This document shows positions 58,423 through 64,000 of a stretch of 64,000 nt of DNA, one piece after another. This DNA is from Firmicutes bacterium UBA3570. GTDB taxonomy: Bacteria > Bacillota > Sulfobacillia > UBA3561. A model generated the notes under the pieces. It did not search any database and had not been told where the DNA came from. It saw only the letters and a program-made list of their open reading frames with translations. The translations under genes and the position numbers were made by a program. The stretch is taken from contig DFNJ01000027.1 of assembly GCA_002376005.1 (NCBI GenBank), forward strand, positions 8,587 to 72,586, written 5' to 3'. The stretch's first letter is position 1; each line of letters begins with the position of its first letter.

Positions 58423-59826
58423 ATGGCATCATATCACTTCATAGGAATCGGCGGCGTGGGAATGAGCGGGATAGCCCAACTGCTGCTTCAGATGGGACAC
58501 CGGGTATCGGGGTCCGACGTCCGGGAGTCGGAGATAACCCTGCGGCTGGAGCGCATGGGTGCCCGCATCTTCATCGGACACCGCCCGGACAACCTGCCGA
58601 TGGTGGACGAGGTGGTGGTCTCCAGCGCCATACCCCCGGAGAACGTGGAGCTGCAGGAGGCCAGGCGCCGGGGGATTCCCATCCGCCATCGGGGGGACAT
58701 GCTAGCCCGCCTGATGCAGGAGCAACAGGGGATCGCCATCGCTGGCTGCCACGGCAAGACCACCACCACCTCGCTGATCGCCCTCATCCTGGAGCACGCG
58801 GGAATGGATCCCTCGGTGCTCATCGGGGGGGAGCTGCATGACATTGGCGGTAACGCTAAGATGGGTCAGGGTACGTACCTGGTGGCAGAGACCGACGAGA
58901 GCGACGGCTCCTTCCTGAAGCTGAGGCCCCGCTGGGCGGTGATCACCAACATCGACCGAGACCACCTGGATCACTATGGCGGCAACTTCGGTCGGCTGAA
59001 AGAGGCCTTCGCTAAGTTTGCCTCACTGGTGCATCCCGATGGCGGGCTGGTGGCCTGTTTTGACGATCCCCACGTGCGGGAGGCCGCGCGAGGTGCTCGC
59101 TGCCGGGTGGTCTCCTACGCATTGGATCATCCGGGGGCAAAGTACGGCGCGGACGAGCTGAGACTGGGTGCGGACAGTAGCAGCTTCCTGATGTTGCGCG
59201 GTGACCGACCCTTGGGCCGGGTGAATCTGTCGGTGACCGGCCGGCACAACGTGCAGAACGCCCTGGCCTCGGCTGCTCTAGCCTACGAGCTGGGGGTGGA
59301 CTTGGACAGCATCAGGCGGGCATTGCGCCAGTTCCGCGGGGCTCGCCGTAGGTTCGAGCGGCAGGGCCAAGTTCAGGGGGTCACGGTGATCGACGATTAC
59401 GCGCATCATCCCACGGAAGTGGTGGCCACCATCCGGGCAGCGCGCCTGCTCAAACCGCGCAAGCTGATATGCCTCTTCCAGCCTCACCGTTACACCCGGA
59501 CGCAACTGCTGGGCCCTGAACTGGGCCAGGCGCTGGCCGAGGCGGATCTGGCGGTGGTGGTCCCCATATATGCGGCCGGGGAGAGGCCGCTGGAAGGGGT
59601 CGATGCGCGGCGGGTGGTGGAAGGAGCACGGGCCCGGGGCGGCCGTGCGCGGTACTGTGCCGGTATTGATGAGGCGGTGAGCCTGGTGGTGGAGGAAGTG
59701 GAGCCAGGGGATGTGGTCATCACCATGGGAGCGGGAGACGTCTGGCAGGCCGCCCCACGGATACTGCGCGCCCTGGAGCGCAGGTATCTGGAGGGAGACC
59801 GCTGCCGGTTCCGGGCGTCGAGCTGA
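58423..59826 (+). CDS. murC: UDP-N-acetylmuramate--L-alanine ligase
   Basis: ATG 58423 ([18 protein letters not shown]) with GGGAGG upstream. [11 protein letters not shown]-loop. 467 aa. Confidence 0.9.
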   Translation: MASYHFIGIGGVGMSGIAQLLLQMGHRVSGSDVRESEITLRLERMGARIFIGHRPDNLPMVDEVVVSSAIPPENVELQEARRRGIPIRHRGDMLARLMQEQQGIAIAGCHGKTTTTSLIALILEHAGMDPSVLIGGELHDIGGNAKMGQGTYLVAETDESDGSFLKLRPRWAVITNIDRDHLDHYGGNFGRLKEAFAKFASLVHPDGGLVACFDDPHVREAARGARCRVVSYALDHPGAKYGADELRLGADSSSFLMLRGDRPLGRVNLSVTGRHNVQNALASAALAYELGVDLDSIRRALRQFRGARRRFERQGQVQGVTVIDDYAHHPTEVVATIRAARLLKPRKLICLFQPHRYTRTQLLGPELGQALAEADLAVVVPIYAAGERPLEGVDARRVVEGARARGGRARYCAGIDEAVSLVVEEVEPGDVVITMGAGDVWQAAPRILRALERRYLEGDRCRFRASS

Positions 59827-59866
59827 GATGGGGGGTTTCGCACCGGAGGTCAGGAGGTTGCGTACG

Positions 59867-60754
59867 ATGGTGCGGGGTCGGCTTCTAGAAGGGGAGCCGA
59901 TGTCCCGGCACACTTCCCTGCGAGTGGGCGGACCGGCCCGGATGATGCTGCTGGCTCGCGACGTCGATGACGTGGTCGCGGCGACGAGCTGGGCGCGGGA
60001 AGAGGACTGGCCCTGTCTGGTGATTGGCCTGGGGACCAATCTGCTGGTAAGCGACCAGGGCTTCCCTGGCCTGGTGGTGAAGACCCACCCGGGACTGGGC
60101 CAGACAGTGTGGGAGGAGGAGTCAGTTCGGGTGGAAGCGGGCAGTAGCCTGGCCTCCCTGGCCCGGGAGGCCATAGGCCGGGGTCGGGCGGGCCTGGAGT
60201 TCGCGGTGGGCATCCCCGGCACCGTGGGCGGTGCCCTCGTCGGCAATGCGGGAGCCCATGGCCACAGTTTGGGGGAACTGGTACTGGAGGCGGAAGTGCT
60301 CACCGACCAGGGAGAACGGCGGACGTGGCCTCCGGGGAAACTGGAGTTCGGCTACCGCACCAGCTCCTTGCAAAGACTCGCCGCGGTGGTCCTCAGCGTA
60401 CGCCTGAGGCTGGGCCATGAGGAACGGGACCGGCTGCGCGCCCGGGCGGAGGAGTTTCTACGCCGGCGCCGACGGAGTCAGCCGCTGGGCCAGCCCAGCG
60501 CGGGGTGCGTTTTCCGCAACCCTCCCGGTCGAAGTGCCGGTGAGCTTCTGGATCGTTGCGGATTGAAGGGGATGAAGCGGGGGGGCGCCGAGGTATCGTC
60601 CGTGCACGCCAACTTCATCATCAACCGGGGAGGCGCCACGGCAGCCGATGTGCTGGAGCTGATGCGGCGCATGCGGGAGGCAGTCTGCCAGCGTTTCGGC
60701 GTCCTGCTTGAGCCTGAAGTTCGAACGGTGGGTTTTGAGGAGCCGGTCTGGTGA
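59867..60754 (+). CDS. murB: UDP-N-acetylenolpyruvoylglucosamine reductase
   Basis: ATG 59867 ([24 protein letters not shown]) with GGAGG/AGGAGG upstream. FAD-binding domain motifs (GLGTNLL, GAHG). ORF part upstream overlaps murC. Confidence 0.85.
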   Translation: MVRGRLLEGEPMSRHTSLRVGGPARMMLLARDVDDVVAATSWAREEDWPCLVIGLGTNLLVSDQGFPGLVVKTHPGLGQTVWEEESVRVEAGSSLASLAREAIGRGRAGLEFAVGIPGTVGGALVGNAGAHGHSLGELVLEAEVLTDQGERRTWPPGKLEFGYRTSSLQRLAAVVLSVRLRLGHEERDRLRARAEEFLRRRRRSQPLGQPSAGCVFRNPPGRSAGELLDRCGLKGMKRGGAEVSSVHANFIINRGGATAADVLELMRRMREAVCQRFGVLLEPEVRTVGFEEPVW

Positions 60755-62028
60755 TGGAAAGTTATATCATTACAGGGGGCTACAGGTTGAGCGGGGTGGT
60801 CCGTGCTAGCGGGGCCAAGAACGCGGTATTGCCCATGCTGGCAGGTACCGTACTGACTGCACGCAAGTGCATCATCCGCGGAGCCCCCCGCCTCCGCGAC
60901 GTCACCGTCATGTCAGACATACTGCGCCTCCTGGGGGCCGAGGTGCACTGGGCGACGGTACCTGGCCAGGAACCGGCCCTGGTGGTGGATCCCTCTCGCC
61001 TGGTCAACTATCAGGTGGAGGAGAGCCTCACCCGCGAGATGCGCTCGTCCATCTTTCTCATGGGGCCGCTGCTGGGAAGGATGGGTCGGGTGCGGGTGGC
61101 TTACCCCGGGGGGTGTGCCATCGGCCCGCGACCCATCGACCTGCACCTGCGCGGCCTGGCGGCGCTGGGTGCGCGGATTCGGGAAAAGTTCGGCTTCATT
61201 TACGCGGAAGCACCCCGCCTGGTGGGGACGGAGATCCACCTGGACTTTCCCAGCGTCGGCGCTACCGAGAACATCATGATGGCCGCGGTGCTCGCGGAAG
61301 GCACCACGGTGATCCGCAATGCGGCCAAGGAACCGGAGATCGTCGATTTGCAGAATTTCCTCAATGGCATGGGAGCGCGGATAAAGGGGGCCGGGACCGA
61401 CGTGATACGGATCGAGGGAACCGACCGCCTCGGGGGCACTGAACATCAGGTGATCCCCGATCGCATTGAGGTGGGCACGTTTTTGGTGGCGGCGGCCATC
61501 ACCGGGGGAGAACTGGTCATTGAAAACGTGATTCCTGAACACGTGGAGTCGGTGTGCGCCAAACTGCGAGAGACGGGATGCCAGGTGGGCGAGGAAGGCT
61601 GCGGTCGACTGCGCATCAGGGCGCCGCGGCGTCCCAAGGCAGTGGATATCAAGACCCTTCCATACCCGGGCTTTCCCACCGACATGCAGCCACAGATGAT
61701 GGCCCTGATGTGCGTCGCGGACGGGACCAGCGTGATCACCGAGACCGTGTTCGAGAACCGGTTCAAGCAAGCAGAAGAGCTGCGGCGCATGAGTGCTAAC
61801 ATCAAGACCGATGGGCGAACCGCGGTGGTAAAGGGGGTGGCGGCGCTGTCCGGAGCCACGGTGGAGGTCAGCGACCTTCGCAGCGGCGCTGCGCTGGTAC
61901 TGGCTGGTCTGGTGGCGGAGGGGATCACCCGCGTGGAGGGAGTGCACCACGTGGATCGCGGGTACGAGTGCTTCGAGGAGAAGCTCCGGGCGGTGGGGGC
62001 GCGGATTAAGCGGGTGAGCGACGGCTGA
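60751..62028 (+). CDS. murA: UDP-N-acetylglucosamine 1-carboxyvinyltransferase
   Basis: Full-length MurA pattern (GAKNAVLPMLAG, catalytic Cys in YPGGCAIGPRPIDLH). Overlaps murB by 4 nt. Confidence 0.9.
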   Translation: MMESYIITGGYRLSGVVRASGAKNAVLPMLAGTVLTARKCIIRGAPRLRDVTVMSDILRLLGAEVHWATVPGQEPALVVDPSRLVNYQVEESLTREMRSSIFLMGPLLGRMGRVRVAYPGGCAIGPRPIDLHLRGLAALGARIREKFGFIYAEAPRLVGTEIHLDFPSVGATENIMMAAVLAEGTTVIRNAAKEPEIVDLQNFLNGMGARIKGAGTDVIRIEGTDRLGGTEHQVIPDRIEVGTFLVAAAITGGELVIENVIPEHVESVCAKLRETGCQVGEEGCGRLRIRAPRRPKAVDIKTLPYPGFPTDMQPQMMALMCVADGTSVITETVFENRFKQAEELRRMSANIKTDGRTAVVKGVAALSGATVEVSDLRSGAALVLAGLVAEGITRVEGVHHVDRGYECFEEKLRAVGARIKRVSDG

Positions 62029-62072
62029 GGACAGACGATCTCGCAGCAGGGGCGGGGGAGGCCTGGTATCTG

Positions 62073-62849
62073 TTGGCGAATCGCAACCGCCGGAGGCGGA
62101 GCCATCTGCTCTTCGGGTGGACGAGAACCCCAGGGACCTGGCGGGCGGTGACGGCGCTGCTGGTGGCTTGCTGCTTTGGGGTGCTGGGCTGGTGGGTCTG
62201 GTCCACCGAGGCGCTGCGGGTTCAGCGGGTGGAGGTGGTGGGGGCGGTACGGCTCGACCCCGAGACGCTCAGGATGCAGGCCCACGTGCGGCTGGGCCAG
62301 CACTACTTCCTGGTTCCGGTGGGTGAGATTCGGCGACAGCTGAGGGCCAATCCTCTGGTGAAGGAAGTGTCGGTGAGCAGGAAATGGGGAGGGACGTTGC
62401 TCATCACGGTACAGGAGAGGGCTCCTCTGGCCGCCGTATGCCTGAGTGGGGGTTTCGCGGAAGTGGACGAAGACGGAGTGGTGGTAGGTGTTCGTAGCCA
62501 CTGGAGAGAAGGCCATAGCCTGCCGGTGATAACGGGCCTTGACTTTCAAACTTATGCTATAGGACAAGCCTTACCCGCTGAAGGACTGGATTGGGCCCTG
62601 CGGGTGGTGGGGTTAATGCAACCGCGCTGGCGCGAACAGCTGGGGGAGGTACACGTGCGGGGAGAGACCCTCACCCTCTATTTTCGGGGGGGCACTGCCG
62701 TCTTCTTGGGGGAAGCGGATGCTCAGCTGCCGGACAGAATCGCCACCCTGGAGGCCATCCTCGAAGATGCGGTGCAATCAGGATTGACCCTGGCGTGGGT
62801 GGATCTTCGGTATCGGGGAAAGCCGGTGGTGAAGCCGCGGCCGCCGTGA
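62073..62849 (+). CDS. ftsQ: Cell division protein FtsQ/DivIB (POTRA domain)
   Basis: Basic N-terminus, TM helix, POTRA-like segment (LRVQRVEVVGAVRLDPETL). Position between mur genes and ftsA. Confidence 0.7.
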   Translation: MANRNRRRRSHLLFGWTRTPGTWRAVTALLVACCFGVLGWWVWSTEALRVQRVEVVGAVRLDPETLRMQAHVRLGQHYFLVPVGEIRRQLRANPLVKEVSVSRKWGGTLLITVQERAPLAAVCLSGGFAEVDEDGVVVGVRSHWREGHSLPVITGLDFQTYAIGQALPAEGLDWALRVVGLMQPRWREQLGEVHVRGETLTLYFRGGTAVFLGEADAQLPDRIATLEAILEDAVQSGLTLAWVDLRYRGKPVVKPRPP

Positions 62850-62903
62850 AGGGTAGTTGTGGTGAGCGTGGAATTCTCTGGCAAGGACGCGGGAGTGTGG
62901 CCG

Positions 62904-64000
62904 ATGGCCCAAGCCGAACTGATAGCAGGATTGGATATGGGGACGCGAAAGATGACCTGCCTCATTGGCCAGGTGGACGAGGCCGGCAAGGTGACGGTCA
63001 TGGGGGTGGGTACTGGTCCTTCTGCGGGCATGCGCAAAGGGGTGGTGGTGGACATCGAGGGGGCGGCCCGCGCCGCCCAGCGCGTGGTGCAGAATGCCCA
63101 GCGGATGGCAGGAGTTCAGGTGCGTTCCCTTTACTTGGCGGTTACCGGTGGTCGCATCACGTCGGTAAACAACCGGGGCATGGTGGCGGTGGCTCGTGCT
63201 GACCGGGAGATCACGCGGGAGGACGTAAGCCGGGTGATGGAGGCAGCAAGGGTAATCAATGTGCCCCCCGATTTCGAAATCATCCATGCCCTACCGAGGC
63301 AGTTCGTGGTGGACGGTTACGACGGGGTGACCGATCCGGTGGGAATGGTGGGCGTCCGGCTGGAGGTGGAGGCCCACATCGTGATGGGCCTCGTGACATC
63401 ATTGGAGAACGTCATGCGCAGCGTGTACAAGGCGGGCCTGGAAGTGGAAGGGTTGGTCCTGGCGCCGCTGGCGGCTGGCGAGGCCGTGCTGCAGCCTGCG
63501 GAAAGGGAACTGGGCGTGGTGCTGGTGGACGTGGGCGGTGGCACCACCGACGTGGCCCTGTTTGACCAGGGCAGCATATACTTCGCCAGCATTCTCCCCG
63601 TGGGAGGGGACCACGTCACCAGTGACATCGCAGTGGGGCTCCGGACTCCTCTGGACGTGGCGGAACGGCTGAAGAAAGAGTACGGGTGCGCGCGGCGGGA
63701 GCAGGCTTCCGGAGAAGTTACCTTTGAGGTGACCAGTGTGGGAGGTAGCAGCCAGAAGCAGGTGGACCAAAGGACCCTGGCGGGGATAGTGGAGCCCCGA
63801 GTGCAGGAGATATTCAGCCTGGTTGGCGACGAACTGGCCAAGGCCCGTTATAACCGTACCATTCCCGGAGGGGTGGTGCTGACGGGGGGCATGGCTGAGC
63901 TGGAAGGAATCGTGGAGCTGGCGGAGCAGGTGTTGGACATGCCGGTGCGGTTGGGAATTCCTCAGGGTGTCAGCGGGCTGACCGACATGGTCCGCAGCCC
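62904..64000 (+). CDS. ftsA: Cell division protein FtsA (actin-like ATPase), 3'-partial at window end
   Basis: Not in the ORF track (no stop before window end). Manual translation from ATG 62904 gives MAQAELIAGLDMGTRKMTCLIGQV ... VLVDVGGGTTDVALF ... typical FtsA phosphate-1/phosphate-2 motifs. Confidence 0.85.
   Translation, partial: MAQAELIAGLDMGTRKMTCLIGQVDEAGKVTVMGVGTGPSAGMRKGVVVDIEGAARAAQRVVQNAQRMAGVQVRSLYLAVTGGRITSVNNRGMVAVARADREITREDVSRVMEAARVINVPPDFEIIHALPRQFVVDGYDGVTDPVGMVGVRLEVEAHIVMGLVTSLENVMRSVYKAGLEVEGLVLAPLAAGEAVLQPAERELGVVLVDVGGGTTDVALFDQGSIYFASILPVGGDHVTSDIAVGLRTPLDVAERLKKEYGCARREQASGEVTFEVTSVGGSSQKQVDQRTLAGIVEPRVQEIFSLVGDELAKARYNRTIPGGVVLTGGMAELEGIVELAEQVLDMPVRLGIPQGVSGLTDMVRS

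Overview
This is a 64-kb stretch of a high-GC (~68%) chromosome from a spore-forming Firmicutes-type bacterium, judged from the SpoIID, YunB and SpoVD/PBP2B-like genes, the dcw cluster order, and a conserved ruvCAB-queA-tgt-yajC block (Symbiobacterium/Limnochordia-like GC and gene content). About 70 features are called from left to right.

- (1) 1-4300: a compositionally distinct, lower-GC island (~53-58% GC, eyeballed). It holds a disrupted HExxH metallopeptidase-like gene, a ~1-kb ORF-poor stretch, an overlapping MNT/HEPN toxin-antitoxin-like pair and a membrane-anchored protein of unknown function.
- (2) 4440-17524: core genes. ABC exporter, PolX, DUF421, Ogt, a thioredoxin-like protein and MutS2 on the + strand; class A PBP, YebC, NadE, a JAMM/MPN metalloprotease and an E1-like MoeB/ThiF on the - strand.
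- (3) 17907-18440: a decayed IS5/IS1182-type transposase C-terminal fragment. It is followed by a possibly truncated Cys-rich ORF and an RseC-like gene.
- (4) 20132-21108: a second MNT/HEPN pair, then yunB and tyrS.
- (5) 24020-31535: ruvC-ruvA-ruvB-queH-DUF2905-spoIID-queA-(PsiE/CorC fusion)-tgt-yajC, chained by 4-nt start/stop overlaps.
- (6) 31684-42513: a metabolic block headed by a GntR regulator. It carries a 4-subunit 2-oxoacid:ferredoxin oxidoreductase (DABG order), glutamate dehydrogenase, methylmalonyl-CoA mutase large subunit, methylmalonyl-CoA epimerase, and a complete Na+-translocating methylmalonyl-CoA decarboxylase. Together these encode a glutamate -> 2-oxoglutarate -> succinyl-CoA -> methylmalonyl-CoA -> propionyl-CoA route with sodium pumping.
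- (7) 42583-47982: a GH18-like protein, an ASCH protein, 5-formyl-THF cyclo-ligase, a consensus sigma-A promoter driving a small-protein/DUF2089/DUF4097/LiaX-like module, and a BadF/NagK-type kinase.
- (8) 48119-64000: the dcw cluster (mraZ, rsmH, ftsL, PASTA-containing PBP, murE, murF, mraY, ftsW, murG, murC, murB, murA, ftsQ, partial ftsA). MraZ-box-like direct repeats sit at its head, and murD is absent from the cluster.

No rRNA, tRNA or CRISPR array was found. Several long antisense ORFs are GC-frame artefacts and were rejected.
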